A DNA stretch of 38,659 nt from Myxococcota bacterium (GCA_036149055.1 JAYZQJ010000148.1:1-38659); one strand, 5' to 3'. Counted from the first letter of the stretch, positions 12,420 through 25,550 are shown. The notes: a model not told the origin generated them from the sequence alone. Translations and numbers: made by a program.

Positions 12420-14702
12420 TCAGAGCTCGGTGTACGGGACCCGCGTCGCCGAGAAGTTCAGGTAGAAGTACCAGCCGGACATCCCCATGTAGGTGTCCTT
12501 GTCGCCCATCATGGGGGCCGGCTCGCTGCAGCTCCCGGTGCCGCCGCGCAGCAGGCTCGAGAGCGGCTGCCCGTCGATCCCCGGCTGCCCGGTCGTGCCG
12601 GGCGGGATGATGGTCATGTCCGCCTGCATCTCCGAGAGGAAGCCCCGGATGAGGCCGTTGCGGATCTCGGTGGCCGGGGTGCCGAACCACTGACCGCCGA
12701 TCCGCGCGTCCTCGAGGGTGATCAGGATGCCGCCGAGGTCGAAGGTCACCGTGCCCGCGTTGGCCGAGTAGCAGGTGCCGCCGCTCGGGGCGCGCGGGGT
12801 CGCGGTGGAGGGAGTGTACGGACGCGCGGTCCCGGGCAGGATGCCCAGGCACTCGGCCATCCCGCCCTGGTTCATCGCGGTGCCCGGCGTGCGCGCCGCG
12901 CCCATCGGCAGCGTGCACATCGTGGAGGACATCGGCGCCGTGCAGTCCGGGAAGGCCATGTAGCTCGGGGTGCTGGTCCCGGCCGCCTGGACGAGCGGCG
13001 CGAACACGTGGGCGATCGAGAGATCGAGATCGCCGTCTCCGTCACCGTCCTGCTGCACGTTGTCCTGCAGCTGGTTGTTGATCCCCATGCCGAACGGACC
13101 GTTGGTCACGTCGGTGCAACCGAAGAAGGCGCCGATGTCCGCGAAGATGTGCGGGTCGCGGATGTCGAGGTCGGTGAAGCGGAACGCCGTCGGCTCCGCG
13201 CGGCACATCGCGTCGCAGCCGTCGCCCGCCGTGGTGTTGCCGTCGTCGCAGGTCTCCGGGGCGGTGACCACTCCGTCGCCGCACGCGGCGGGGCAGTCCG
13301 GGTCGGTCGACAGGTCGGCCCCCATCGGGCAGCACATGTCCATCGGGCCCGGGCCGACCGGCATCGCGGTGCAGCTCGCGCGGCAGGTCCCGGCGTTGGC
13401 GAGGGAGTCGGCGGTGCACACGTCCCCGTCGTCGCACGCGGTGGGGCAGGCGCCCGCGCCGCCGCTGATGCCCGTGTCGCAGGTCTCGCCCGCGCTCGCG
13501 GTGACCACCCCGTCGCCGCAGCGCGCCGGGCAGTCGTCGTCGGTGCCGATCGTCGCGCCCGAGGGGCAGCAGCCGTCACCATCGGCCGGCGCCGTGATCG
13601 GGGGGTAGCTGCAGGTGGCCGAGCAGGTGCCCGCGCCGGTCAGCGTGTCCCGCGTGCAGGCCATTCCGTCGCTGCAGCTCGTCGGGCAGGCCCCCGGCAT
13701 CCCGCTCGCGATCGCCGTGTCGCAGCTCTCGCCGCTGGAGACCACGCCGTCTCCGCAGGTCGCCGTGCAGTCGGAGTCGTCCGCGATCGTCGCCCCGGCC
13801 GGGCAGCAGCCGTCCCCGTCGACGGGCGCGGTGATGACGGTCGAGGTGCACTGCGCGTCGCAGGTGCCGGCGTTCGCGAGCATGTCGGTGGTGCAGACCA
13901 TGCCGTCGTCGCACGCCGTCGGGCACGCGCCCGGGGAGCCCGCGGCGATGGCCGTGTCGCAGCTCTCTCCGCTCGACACGACCCCGTCGCCGCAGACGAT
14001 CCCGCAGTCGGAGTCGGTCCCGATCGTCTCGCCGGGAGGGCAGCACATGTCGCCGTCGACGGCCGCGGTCACCGGGGTGAGCTCGCAGGTCGCCGCGCAC
14101 GTCCCGTCCATGCTGATGGCGTCGGTGGTGCAGAAGTCGCCGTCGTCGCAGGCCGCCGGGCAGGCCCCCGCGGAGCCCGCGGCGATCCCGGTGTCGCACG
14201 TCTCGCCGGGCTCGACGACGCCGTTGCCGCAGGTCGACGTGCAGTCGTCATCGGTGGTGGCGTCGGCGCCGGCCGGGCAGCAGCCGTCGCCGTCGGCGGG
14301 CGCGGTGATCGGGGCGCTCTCGCACTGCACCGAGCAGTCGGTGCCGCTCAGGACGTCGGAGGTGCACGCGTCGCCGTCATCGCAGCCGGTCGGGCACGCT
14401 CCCGCTTCGCCGGCGGCGATGTCGGGATCGCACAGCTCGCCGTCGTCGAGCACGCCGTTGCCGCACTCGAGCTGGCACTCGCGCGAGCAGCCGTCGCCGT
14501 TGTTGCGGTTGCCGTCGTCGCACTCCTCACCGTCGGTCTGCTCGCCGTCGCCGCAGCGGCCGGTGACGACCATGCCGTCCGTCGCCGTGGCGTCTTCGGC
14601 CGGCGACGCGTCGACGGGACCGCCGTCGACCGGATCCGACTCCCCTCCGCAGCCCACGGCCAACGCCAGCCCCAGGACCAGACTCAGAACTCGATCTCTC
14701 AT
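12420..14702 (-). CDS. Myxobacterial cysteine-rich repeat lipoprotein (DUF4215-like repeats)
   Basis: Lipobox LALAVGC; CGDG..E.CDDGN...GDGC motifs; about five tandem ~80-aa CGxGVV..GExCD..C..CDDG..CT.D..GCCP repeats. Confidence 0.88.
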   Translation of the reverse strand: MRDRVLSLVLGLALAVGCGGESDPVDGGPVDASPAEDATATDGMVVTGRCGDGEQTDGEECDDGNRNNGDGCSRECQLECGNGVLDDGELCDPDIAAGEAGACPTGCDDGDACTSDVLSGTDCSVQCESAPITAPADGDGCCPAGADATTDDDCTSTCGNGVVEPGETCDTGIAAGSAGACPAACDDGDFCTTDAISMDGTCAATCELTPVTAAVDGDMCCPPGETIGTDSDCGIVCGDGVVSSGESCDTAIAAGSPGACPTACDDGMVCTTDMLANAGTCDAQCTSTVITAPVDGDGCCPAGATIADDSDCTATCGDGVVSSGESCDTAIASGMPGACPTSCSDGMACTRDTLTGAGTCSATCSYPPITAPADGDGCCPSGATIGTDDDCPARCGDGVVTASAGETCDTGISGGAGACPTACDDGDVCTADSLANAGTCRASCTAMPVGPGPMDMCCPMGADLSTDPDCPAACGDGVVTAPETCDDGNTTAGDGCDAMCRAEPTAFRFTDLDIRDPHIFADIGAFFGCTDVTNGPFGMGINNQLQDNVQQDGDGDGDLDLSIAHVFAPLVQAAGTSTPSYMAFPDCTAPMSSTMCTLPMGAARTPGTAMNQGGMAECLGILPGTARPYTPSTATPRAPSGGTCYSANAGTVTFDLGGILITLEDARIGGQWFGTPATEIRNGLIRGFLSEMQADMTIIPPGTTGQPGIDGQPLSSLLRGGTGSCSEPAPMMGDKDTYMGMSGWYFYLNFSATRVPYTEL

Positions 14703-14852
14703 CCCCACCACCCCCGCTCGGGCCCATACTGTGCAGTCATCGTACACAGACCCGAATGGGTTGGTCCAATCGCGGGGTGCTTCCGGCTCAAGGTCCTCCT
14801 CAGTCGGCCGTTGTCCCGGGGCGTGACCCGCCAACGCTCCATCGCGCCGGGG

Positions 14853-15923
14853 ATGGGACCCTCCGCGCCGCTCCTGCCGACGTGTCGGCCGCCGGCGCTC
14901 GCGGCCAAGCGGCCTCCGGCGTCGGGCGTCCACACGGCGCCTCGGCGGAAGCGCAAGCGCGACAACACCCTGGTGCACGAGGGCGCGCGGGTCGGGGACA
15001 ACCGCTTCGAGCTGATCCGTCCGCTCGGCGACGGCGGCATGGCGAAGGTCTGGCTCGCGCGGCACCTCGGCCTGCAGCGCGAGGTGGCGCTCAAGGTGCT
15101 GCACCGGCGCGTGCACGAGCGGGACGACCTCCGGCAGCGCTTCGAGCGAGAGGCGATCGCCATCGGGCGGCTGCGGCACCCGGGCATCGTCGACGCGCTC
15201 GACTTCGGGGAGCTGTCGGACGGCCGGAAGTTCCTGGCGATGGAGTACGTCGAGGGCGAGACCCTGGACGCGATCCTGAAGCGCGAGCGACGCCTCCCCT
15301 GGGAGGTCGCGGTGCGAGTGGGCGTGCAGATCGCCGACGCGCTGGCCTGCGCGCACGAGCACGGGGTCATCCACCGCGACCTCAAGCCCGACAACCTGAT
15401 CGTGCGCGGCGGCGACCCGGCCACCGGGCCCACGCGGATCCTCGACCTCGGCCTCGCCCGGGTGGAGAACGCCGTCGCGCTCAGCGGGATCTCCGACCAC
15501 AACATGGCCATGGGGACGCCGAGCTACTCGGCGCCGGAGCAGCTCCTCGGCCAGCCGACCGACGCGCGGGCCGACGTCTACGGCGTCTGCGCCGTGCTCT
15601 ATCGCCTGATCACCGGCCAGCCGCCCTACGCGGGCGTGAGCTTCGAGGACGTCGCGGAGAAGATGCACAAGGGGGAGCTGAAGGCGCCGAAGGCGGTCTT
15701 CCCCGACGGCTCGCGCCCGCGGGCGCTCGACGCGCTCATCCTCTCGGGGCTGGCCACCCGCCCGGACCAGCGCCCGGCCTCGGCGGTGGCCTTCGGCGAC
15801 GCGCTCCGGGCCGTCAGCCAGCCTCGGAGCCGACCCGCGTGGCGGCGCTACGCGGCCGGCGCGGCGCTCGTGGGCCTGGGCATCGCGGCCGGGGTGGGCG
15901 CCGCCGTCCTGCTCGGCGGTTGA
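14853..15923 (+). CDS. Eukaryote-like Ser/Thr protein kinase with C-terminal TM helix (start uncertain)
   Basis: LGDGGMAKV, VALKVL, HRDLKPDN, DLGLA, GTPSYSAPEQ, then a hydrophobic tail. Confidence 0.9.
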   Translation: MGPSAPLLPTCRPPALAAKRPPASGVHTAPRRKRKRDNTLVHEGARVGDNRFELIRPLGDGGMAKVWLARHLGLQREVALKVLHRRVHERDDLRQRFEREAIAIGRLRHPGIVDALDFGELSDGRKFLAMEYVEGETLDAILKRERRLPWEVAVRVGVQIADALACAHEHGVIHRDLKPDNLIVRGGDPATGPTRILDLGLARVENAVALSGISDHNMAMGTPSYSAPEQLLGQPTDARADVYGVCAVLYRLITGQPPYAGVSFEDVAEKMHKGELKAPKAVFPDGSRPRALDALILSGLATRPDQRPASAVAFGDALRAVSQPRSRPAWRRYAAGAALVGLGIAAGVGAAVLLGG

Positions 15924-16055
15924 CCTTCCCCGGGGCCCCCGTTGGCCCCAGTCTCCCGCCCAGCGATCCCTACGGGCGCGCCGTGAGCAGAGACGATAGA
16001 CTCGCGGGCGGACGGCTCAGAAACGATTGAGCTTTTGGGGTCGTCCACTGGACAG

Positions 16056-18854
<2,799 letters not shown>

Positions 18855-18859
18855 GCGCC

Positions 18860-19591
18860 ATGAGCCAAGAGCGAGACGACGCGCCGACGCGCGTGCCCCC
18901 GGTCGTGTGGATGGGCGCCGTCGGCGGCGCCATCGGAGCCGCGGTGGCGATGGTGAGCATCCCGAGCGGAGGCAGCATGCTGCCCGCGCTCTTCATCGGC
19001 CTCTCGAGCGTGATGCTGCTGCTCGCGCTCGGGGCCCTGTGGCAGAGCGTGCGCACCGCCTTCGGAGGCGGCACGACCTTCGATCCCCAGGCCGACCCGC
19101 TCCTGCCCGAGCGCCAGCAGCTGCTCGAAGAGAAGGCTACGCTGCTCCGCGCGCTGAAGGACATCCAGTTCGAGCGCGAGGTCGGCAAGATCTCGCAGGA
19201 GGACTTCGACCGCCTCAACCGGGCCTACCGGCGCCGGGCGAAGGAGGTCCTCCAGGCGCTCGACCAGGACATCCACCCCTACGTGGAGCGCGCGCGCCGC
19301 ATGGTCGCCAAGGAGCTCGACGAGCAGGAGGCGGGCCCGTATCGCGACGCGCACGGAGCCCCCAAGAAGAAGCGGGCCGAGAAGAAGCCCGCGCCCGGTC
19401 TCACCTGCCCGCACTGCGGCGTCGCCAACGACGACGACGCGACCTGGTGCAAGGCGTGCGGAGAACGGGTCGCGCCCGTCGAGTGCGCGGCGTGCGGCAC
19501 CGTCAACGACCCCGACGCCAGCTTCTGCAAGAGCTGCGCGGCCCCGCTCTCGGACGAGGGCGCCGAGGCGACCGAGGAGGAGCGCGCATGA
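18860..19591 (+). CDS. Membrane protein with double zinc-ribbon C-terminus (ccm-cluster associated)
   Basis: Two N-terminal TM helices, LLRALKDIQFEREVGKISQEDF, and four CxxC motifs. Confidence 0.82.
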   Translation: MSQERDDAPTRVPPVVWMGAVGGAIGAAVAMVSIPSGGSMLPALFIGLSSVMLLLALGALWQSVRTAFGGGTTFDPQADPLLPERQQLLEEKATLLRALKDIQFEREVGKISQEDFDRLNRAYRRRAKEVLQALDQDIHPYVERARRMVAKELDEQEAGPYRDAHGAPKKKRAEKKPAPGLTCPHCGVANDDDATWCKACGERVAPVECAACGTVNDPDASFCKSCAAPLSDEGAEATEEERA

Positions 19592-21228
19592 GGCGGCTCG
19601 TCGTTCTGCTCACCGCGCTCGCGCTCTCGTCCGGCGTCGCCGCGATCGCGCGGGCCCAGGACGGGCTGCCCCCGGGGCACCCGCCCACCGGCCAAGCGCA
19701 GCCGCCCACCCCCGCGCCGCAGGGGCTCCCGCCCGGTCATCCGCCGGCGGGTCAGCCGCAGGGGCTCCCGCCCGGGCATCCGCCCGCCGGCCAGGGATTG
19801 CCCCAGGGACATCCGCCGTCGGGCCAGGGCATGCCCGCGGGACATCCGGGGGGCGGAGACCGGGCGCGCGCGGTCCAGGCGATGCGGCCGCCGTCCCTCG
19901 CCGACGCGGAGCCCAGCGAGGAGCTGCCGGCGGGCACCATCCGGGTCCGCGTCGTCGACGAGCGCGGCGACCCGGTCGCGGGCGCGGCGGTCGACGTGGG
20001 CTCGTTGGCCCAGGGCGAGCGCTCGCGCCACAACGCGGAGACGGACGGCGAGGGCGTGGCGCTCTTCGAGGACCTGCCCACCGGCTCGGGGCAGGCGTAC
20101 CGCGTCAACGTCCCGTTCAGCGGCGCGCTCTACAGCACCAACCCGTTCCAGCTCCCGACCGACCGCGGCTTCGAGGTCCGCATGACGCGGCTCCCGGTCA
20201 CCCGCGACCCGCGCTTCACCTTCTTCCAGGTGTTCCGCGTGATCGTGGAGCAGCGGGGTGAGCGCCTCCACGTGATCCACCAGGCGCAGCTGACGAACGC
20301 CGGCAACGAGACCTACGTCTTCCCCTCGGAGGGGGCGCGGGCCTCGCTGCCGGAGGACGCGACCGCGTTCCAGTTCCAGCGGGTGATCGGCGACCAGCGC
20401 ATCGAAGAGGTGCCCGACACGGACGCCTACGCCTTCCGCGGCTCCGTGCCGCCGGGCACCATCCAGCTGGCCTGGGCCTACGACCTGCCGGTCGACGGCG
20501 AGACCCTCGACATCCCGGTGGAGATCCCCTTGCGGTTCTTCACGCTGCAGGTGCTCGGCGAGGCGCTCCCCGGGCTCTCCATGGACGTCGACGGCATGCC
20601 GCCCCCGCGGCGCCTGGACCCCGAGGGCGCCGAGTGCGCGAGCAGCGCCGTCACGGAGGGCTGCGCGTGGGTGACGATGGACCGCCGCGGCCCCGAGCAG
20701 GCGCAGCTCCGCTCGATCGTCATCGAGCTGAGCGGGATCCCCGGGCGAGGCCCGACGCGCTGGATCGCCGTCTTCTTCGCCTTCGGCTTCCTCGGGCTCG
20801 GCGTCGGTTGGGCGATGGGCCGCCCGCGCAAGGATCCGCGCGCGGAGAAGCGGGCGCGGCGCCGGCGGCGCGAGGCGCTGATCGAGGAGGTCCGAGAACT
20901 CGAGGAGGAGCTGGCCGCCGGCGAGATCGGCCCCGAGTACCGCGCGAAGCGGCGCGAGGCCATCGAGCGAGAGCTGGCCGTGCTGCTCTATCGGGAGGAG
21001 CGCGACGCGGAGGCGGACGAGCAGGACGACGAGGCCCCGCCGCCCTCGCGAGCCCGGGCCGGCGCGTGGGGCGGGGCGTTCGTCGCGGGGGCGGTCATGG
21101 CCTACGGCGGCGTGAGCGGCCTCCTCCAGATCCCCTATCTCGACGGCACCGGCATGGTGCTCGCCGGGTTCGGCGTCTTCCTCGTGGTGCTGGCGATCGT
21201 GCGCTGGGCGGCCGAGCGCCGTCGCTGA
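19588..21228 (+). CDS. Secreted/membrane protein with GLPxGHPP repeats and carboxypeptidase-regulatory-like domain
   Basis: Signal peptide, five G[LM]PxGHP units, GTIRVRVVDERGDPVAGAAV, C-terminal TM helices; ATG overlaps the upstream stop. Confidence 0.78.
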   Translation: MRRLVVLLTALALSSGVAAIARAQDGLPPGHPPTGQAQPPTPAPQGLPPGHPPAGQPQGLPPGHPPAGQGLPQGHPPSGQGMPAGHPGGGDRARAVQAMRPPSLADAEPSEELPAGTIRVRVVDERGDPVAGAAVDVGSLAQGERSRHNAETDGEGVALFEDLPTGSGQAYRVNVPFSGALYSTNPFQLPTDRGFEVRMTRLPVTRDPRFTFFQVFRVIVEQRGERLHVIHQAQLTNAGNETYVFPSEGARASLPEDATAFQFQRVIGDQRIEEVPDTDAYAFRGSVPPGTIQLAWAYDLPVDGETLDIPVEIPLRFFTLQVLGEALPGLSMDVDGMPPPRRLDPEGAECASSAVTEGCAWVTMDRRGPEQAQLRSIVIELSGIPGRGPTRWIAVFFAFGFLGLGVGWAMGRPRKDPRAEKRARRRRREALIEEVRELEEELAAGEIGPEYRAKRREAIERELAVLLYREERDAEADEQDDEAPPPSRARAGAWGGAFVAGAVMAYGGVSGLLQIPYLDGTGMVLAGFGVFLVVLAIVRWAAERRR

Positions 21229-21388
21229 GCGAGGATTTCTCCTCGAAAAGCGTCAGTCGCCCTCACGCCCGTGCGTCTGCGCTCCCGTGGCGCCCGGAAC
21301 GCGTTGATCGCGCCCCGCGGGCCGTCTAGGGTGGGCGGCCCCTCGGACGAGGGGTCGTCCGGGACAGTATCGAGATTGAGAGACGACG

Positions 21389-21964
21389 ATGGCATCTGAA
21401 GGGCTCAACAAGGTCATGCTCATCGGAAACCTCGGGATGGACCCCGAGATCCGGTTCGGGCAGAGCGGCAACGCGGTGCTCCGGATGCGCCTCGCGACCA
21501 CCGAGCGGTACATGACCCGCGGCGGTGAGCGGCAGGAGCGCACCGAGTGGCACACGGTCATCTTCTTCGGCAACCGCGCCGAAGGCCTGTCCAAGGTGCT
21601 GACCAAGGGCACGACCGTCTACGTCGAGGGCCGCCTCCAGACCCGTCAGTGGGACGACAAGGACGGCAACAAGCGGTACACGACGGAGATCGTGGGCACC
21701 GGCCTGCTCTTCCTCGGCGGCGGCCGCGGCGGCGGCGGGGGCGGTGACGACTTCGGCGGCGGCGGCGGTGGCGGCGGCTACGGCGGCAGCGGCGGTGGGG
21801 GCGGCGGCTACGGCGGCGGTGGCGGTGGCGGCGGCTACGGCGGCGGCGGTGGTGGCGGCTACGGCGGCGGCGGCGGCGGCGGGAGCCGCGGCGGCGGCGG
21901 TGGGCCGACCGACGACTTCGGCGGCGGCGGCGACGACTTCGGCGACGACGACATCCCCTTCTGA
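21389..21964 (+). CDS. ssb: Single-stranded DNA-binding protein
   Basis: [32 protein letters not shown], Gly-rich linker, DDDIPF tail. Confidence 0.98.
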   Translation: MASEGLNKVMLIGNLGMDPEIRFGQSGNAVLRMRLATTERYMTRGGERQERTEWHTVIFFGNRAEGLSKVLTKGTTVYVEGRLQTRQWDDKDGNKRYTTEIVGTGLLFLGGGRGGGGGGDDFGGGGGGGGYGGSGGGGGGYGGGGGGGGYGGGGGGGYGGGGGGGSRGGGGGPTDDFGGGGDDFGDDDIPF

Positions 21965-21967
21965 CGG

Positions 21968-22717
21968 GTGGCGGGTCCGGGGCGAGCCAAGAAGGTGCGC
22001 GCGGACGTGCTCCTCGTGGAGCGCGACCTCGTCGAGAGCCGCGCGCGCGCGCAGGCCATCATCCTCGCCGGCAAGGTCTTCTCGGGCGAGCAGCGCATCG
22101 ACAAGGCGGGACAGCGCCTGCCGGTCGACGCGCCGCTCGAGGTGCGCGGTCGCGACCACCCCTACGTGTCGCGCGGCGGAGTCAAGATGGAGGGCGCGCT
22201 CGACGCCCTCGCGCTCGACCCCGAGGGCCTGGTGGTCGCCGACTTCGGCGCCTCGACCGGCGGCTTCACCGACTGCCTCCTCCAGCGCGGCGCGGCGCGC
22301 GTCTACGCGATCGACGTCGGCTACGGACAGCTCGCGCATCGGCTCCGGGTCGACGACCGGGTGGTCGTCATGGAGCGCACGAACGCACGCCACCTCACCG
22401 AGGGCGTGCTGCCGGAGCCGGTCGACCTCGTGGTGATCGACGCGAGCTTCATCTCGATCGCCAAGCTCCTGCCCGCGGCGCGCGCCCTGCTGAAGGACGG
22501 CGGCCGCGTGCTGGGCATGGTCAAACCGCAGTTCGAGGTGGGCCGCGCCAAGCTCGAGAAGGGCGTGGTCCGCGATCCCGAGGCGCGCGAGGCGGCCATC
22601 CGGGAGGTCGCCACCGAGGCCGAGGCCATCGGCTTCACCCTGCGTGGCCGCTGCGACTCGAAGCTCGCCGGGCCCGACGGCAACCTCGAGGCGTTCCTAC
22701 TCCTCGAGCGCGTCTGA
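21968..22717 (+). CDS. tlyA: TlyA-family rRNA (cytidine-2'-O)-methyltransferase
   Basis: S4-like N-terminus, YVSRGG.K, DFGASTGGFTDCLLQRGA, DVGYGQL, KPQFE, GPDGNLE. Confidence 0.95.
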   Translation: MAGPGRAKKVRADVLLVERDLVESRARAQAIILAGKVFSGEQRIDKAGQRLPVDAPLEVRGRDHPYVSRGGVKMEGALDALALDPEGLVVADFGASTGGFTDCLLQRGAARVYAIDVGYGQLAHRLRVDDRVVVMERTNARHLTEGVLPEPVDLVVIDASFISIAKLLPAARALLKDGGRVLGMVKPQFEVGRAKLEKGVVRDPEAREAAIREVATEAEAIGFTLRGRCDSKLAGPDGNLEAFLLLERV

Positions 22718-23461
22718 GGTCTCGACCGACAGCAGATCGTCGAGGTCGTCGCGAGGCGCCTCGCCGATCGCGCTCAGCACGAGGCGATAGCGGACGCCGT
22801 CGTGAGCGAAGCGGCTCACCCGCGACCTCAGCCAGCCGTCTCCGGCGAGCGACGCGCTCACCGCGTCGGGCGTGACCGAGTCGACCCGATGGCCGGCGCG
22901 CTCGAGGCGAGCGGCGATCTCGCGGGTGACGTCGGCGCCGGTGTCGTGCGCGAGGTCGAGCGTGAGCTGCGTTCCCTCCCCCTCCCACGCCCAGACCCGA
23001 TGCGCGTCGCGCCAGCGCGCGTCGCCGGCCGCGCGAGTCTCCTCCTCGAGCGAGGGGGATCGCGTCAGGCCTCGCTCCGTGGGGTCCGAGATCGAGAAGC
23101 CGAGGGTGGGGTGCGCCAGTCGGCCGTCCTCGACGCCGAGCGCTCCGGCGGCGGCGCCGCCGAGCGGGACCGGGCCCGCGGCCTGTGAAGACCACACCAC
23201 CAGCGCGATGAAGCCCGCGGCGATCGACGCGGACAGCGCTCCGGTGATCCGAGCCGCGGTCCGCGCGCCTCGCTCACCCAGCAGCGCGGCCGAGAACGCG
23301 AGCGCGCCCGCGATCCAGGCCGCCCACATCGCGCCGCTCACGATCGAGCCGGGCGCCCAGGGGCTCGACGCGGCGACCGCCAGCGAGGTGAGCATCACCG
23401 GCGCGGCGGCGAGCGATCCCCACCCGAGGGCGCGCGCGTAGCGCATGACCCACTCGGGCAC
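22697..23461 (-). CDS. Hypothetical membrane protein
   Basis: 254-aa ORF with three N-terminal hydrophobic helices; convergent with tlyA. Confidence 0.6.
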   Translation of the reverse strand: MPEWVMRYARALGWGSLAAAPVMLTSLAVAASSPWAPGSIVSGAMWAAWIAGALAFSAALLGERGARTAARITGALSASIAAGFIALVVWSSQAAGPVPLGGAAAGALGVEDGRLAHPTLGFSISDPTERGLTRSPSLEEETRAAGDARWRDAHRVWAWEGEGTQLTLDLAHDTGADVTREIAARLERAGHRVDSVTPDAVSASLAGDGWLRSRVSRFAHDGVRYRLVLSAIGEAPRDDLDDLLSVETSDALEE

Positions 23462-23469
23462 GATCAGAG

Positions 23470-23540
23470 CTCCGGCGGCTGGATTCGAACCAACATAGAC
23501 GGATCCAAAGTCCGCAGTCCTACCATTGGACGACGCCGGA
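23470..23540 (-). tRNA. tRNA-Gln(TTG), canonical
   Basis: Acceptor TCCGGCG/CGCCGGA + G73; D arm GTCC-AATGGTA-GGAC; anticodon loop CT-TTG-GA; T loop TTCGAAT. Confidence 0.95.
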
Positions 23541-23587
23541 AACGCTGCGGAGGATAGTACACGCGCCGGTCGCGTCGAGCGGCCTCA

Positions 23588-23659
23588 TGCCTCCCGCCAG
23601 GTTCGAACTGGCTTCTCCCGGTTACGACGCGGGTGCGTTACCGATCACGCTCGAGAGGC
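23588..23659 (-). tRNA. tRNA-Thr(CGT), atypical (last array member, downstream of the Ro60 gene)
   Basis: GCCTCTC/GGGAGGC acceptor; GCGT-GATCGGTA-ACGC; anticodon loop GT-CGT-AA with a C.C mismatch at 31-39; GCCAG-TTCGAAC-CTGGC. Confidence 0.75.
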
Positions 23660-23757
23660 ACGGTCGCCGCGACCGCTCGCCAACGTCGCGAGCGGCCGCG
23701 GGGCCCGGAGCTCCGAGGAGCTCTATTTGGGTGGATGGGTGAGTGGTGGAAGAAGAT

Positions 23758-25302
23758 CTACTGGCCGCGGATGACGTCCACCCAGTGCTGCGCGCCGTCG
23801 GCGCCCTGGGCGAACGCCGCGACCACGTCGAACACCTGGTCGGAGAAGCCCCCGACGTTCAGGATGTCCGGCGAGTCCGGCGCCTGAGAGTGGCCGTACG
23901 GCTGCACGTCCACGCAGACCAGACGCGCCTTCGGGTTCCGGCTCTTCAGCTGGTTCCACTGACGCATGGTCTCCGTGGCGCCGTGACGACGTGCATCGAC
24001 CCACGACTGGTTGTCGCTGACGATCACCACCAGGTCGACCTTCCGCTGCTCCGCGTTCAGCTTCGCGAGCGGGGCCGAGACGTTGGTGCCGCCGCCTCCG
24101 ATGGAGGCGAGCTTCCGCGCGTTGGTCATCACGGTGTCCCGCGGCTCGAGCTCGACCGGCACGCAGCCGTGCTCGAAGGGGATGACCCCCGCCCGCGGGT
24201 TGTGCCGCACGAGCGCCGCCGCGAACAGCGCCGCGACGTCGACGCACTTCACCGCGCTCGTCGCGCCCTGCCGCCAGCCGGTGACCGGCGACTGCATCGA
24301 GCCGGAGACGTCCGGGCAGACGAACACGTGCCCGTCGATCCGCGGCACGTTCGCGATCGCGTGCTCCATCGCGTCGTGCAGCGCGCCCCGCACCTGCGCC
24401 GGGACCTTCGTCGCGCTGACGTAGGCCATCATGAGCTGGTACGGGAAGGCGCGCGCCTTCCGGACGAGCGACGGGTCCGAGAGCCGCGCCGCGATCCGCT
24501 CGGTCATCCCGTCCACCTCGAACACGCCGTGGCGCTGGAAGGTGTTCAGGTTCATCCGCGTCATCTGCCACGACGCGGACTCCGCGATCGCCGCCCACTC
24601 GGCCCGGCCGAGGCCGAGCGCGGTGAGCATCTGGAACGGCACGCTCGGCACCGCGTTGGACCGGTCACGCTTGTAGGCCTCGAAGGCCTTCACGAGCTCC
24701 GGCAGCGCGTCCCCGTCGTGCGCCTTGCCCAGGAGGTACCCGTAGAGCGCCCGCCGCGAGGCGGAGGCCGGCTTCGGGTGGACCATCTTGAGCACGTCGG
24801 CGAGCGACGGAGCGTTCCCGACCGAGCCCTTGAAGAGGTACTCGTCGGACCGCGAGCCGAGCCACCGGAGGATCTCCTTCTTCGGCCGCGTCCCGAGAGA
24901 CTTCCGGCCGACGGCGCCGCTCCGCATGATCTGCACGAAGGTCCGGAGCATCTTCACGTTGTCGACGACCTTCGGGAAGGCCGCCCCGAAGAGCTCGGGA
25001 TCGCGCACGGAGAGCACCGCGAGCAGGAGCGCCGGCATGTCCTTCATGTGCCCACGCTGGCGCGCGTACACCGCGCACTTGGCGAGGAACTCCGGGTCGA
25101 CCGCGAACGCGAGCTTCAGCACGACGTCGAGCTGCGTCTGCGCCGACGCGTAGAAGGTGCCGTTCAGGCAACCGGTGGCCGCGTACTGCCCGAGCGCGTG
25201 CTCCGGACCGAACGCGTAGGCCGGCCCACCCGCCTCGTTGACGAGATCCGGCTTGGGCAGGAGCTTGCCGACGAACGACGCGAACAGGTTCTTGTTTGCC
25301 AT
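23758..25302 (-). CDS. rsr: Ro60/TROVE-domain RNA-binding protein with vWA domain (Rsr)
   Basis: N-terminal NEAGGPAY..L.QYAATGCLNGTFY; MTRMNLNTFQRHG; FPYQLMMAY; MIDAS motif CPDVSGSM, GGGTN, VSDNQSW, VGGFSDQVF. ATG at 25302 follows a GGAGGTG RBS (514 aa). Confidence 0.95.
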   Translation of the reverse strand: MANKNLFASFVGKLLPKPDLVNEAGGPAYAFGPEHALGQYAATGCLNGTFYASAQTQLDVVLKLAFAVDPEFLAKCAVYARQRGHMKDMPALLLAVLSVRDPELFGAAFPKVVDNVKMLRTFVQIMRSGAVGRKSLGTRPKKEILRWLGSRSDEYLFKGSVGNAPSLADVLKMVHPKPASASRRALYGYLLGKAHDGDALPELVKAFEAYKRDRSNAVPSVPFQMLTALGLGRAEWAAIAESASWQMTRMNLNTFQRHGVFEVDGMTERIAARLSDPSLVRKARAFPYQLMMAYVSATKVPAQVRGALHDAMEHAIANVPRIDGHVFVCPDVSGSMQSPVTGWRQGATSAVKCVDVAALFAAALVRHNPRAGVIPFEHGCVPVELEPRDTVMTNARKLASIGGGGTNVSAPLAKLNAEQRKVDLVVIVSDNQSWVDARRHGATETMRQWNQLKSRNPKARLVCVDVQPYGHSQAPDSPDILNVGGFSDQVFDVVAAFAQGADGAQHWVDVIRGQ

Positions 25303-25398
25303 GATGCACCTCCGTGTGGAGTGAAAGGCGCCGCGAGGGCGCGTGATAAGTCGCGTTCGCTGGGCTCCTCCCCGAGAGGAGCCGGGGTGCGAACGCGA

Positions 25399-25469
25399 AG
25401 CGACCGGTCGGAGTCGAACCGACACTGCGGACCTGGCAAGCCCGAGTCCTACCGTTGGACCACGGTCGC
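25399..25469 (-). tRNA. tRNA-Gly(GCC)
   Basis: GCGACCG/CGGTCGC + U73; GTCC-AACGGTA-GGAC; TT-GCC-AG; GTCGG-TTCGACT-CCGAC. Confidence 0.9.
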
Positions 25470-25473
25470 GAGA

Positions 25474-25544
25474 CGCCGCGTACGGAAATCGAATCCGTCT
25501 CACTCGGGAGACAACCGAGCTGCATCCCAGATGCACAACGCGGC
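25474..25544 (-). tRNA. tRNA-Asp(GTC), atypical
   Basis: GCCGCGT/ACGCGGC + G73; TGCA-TCTGGGA-TGCA; CTCGG-TT-GTC-TC-CCGAG; ACGGA-TTCGATT-TCCGT. Confidence 0.85.
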
Positions 25545-25550
25545 AGAAGA

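Noticed and set aside
13250..14560. ~240-bp tandem DNA repeats
   Set aside because: These are coding repeats of the cysteine-rich lipoprotein, a common myxobacterial feature.
21715..21945. GGC-rich tandem repeat
   Set aside because: It encodes the ordinary Gly-rich linker of SSB.
23470..23540. tRNA-Gln(TTG) as the integration site of an island carrying the array
   Set aside because: No integrase is present, I saw no duplicated tRNA 3' end near 29200, and the array lies on the 5' side of this tRNA.
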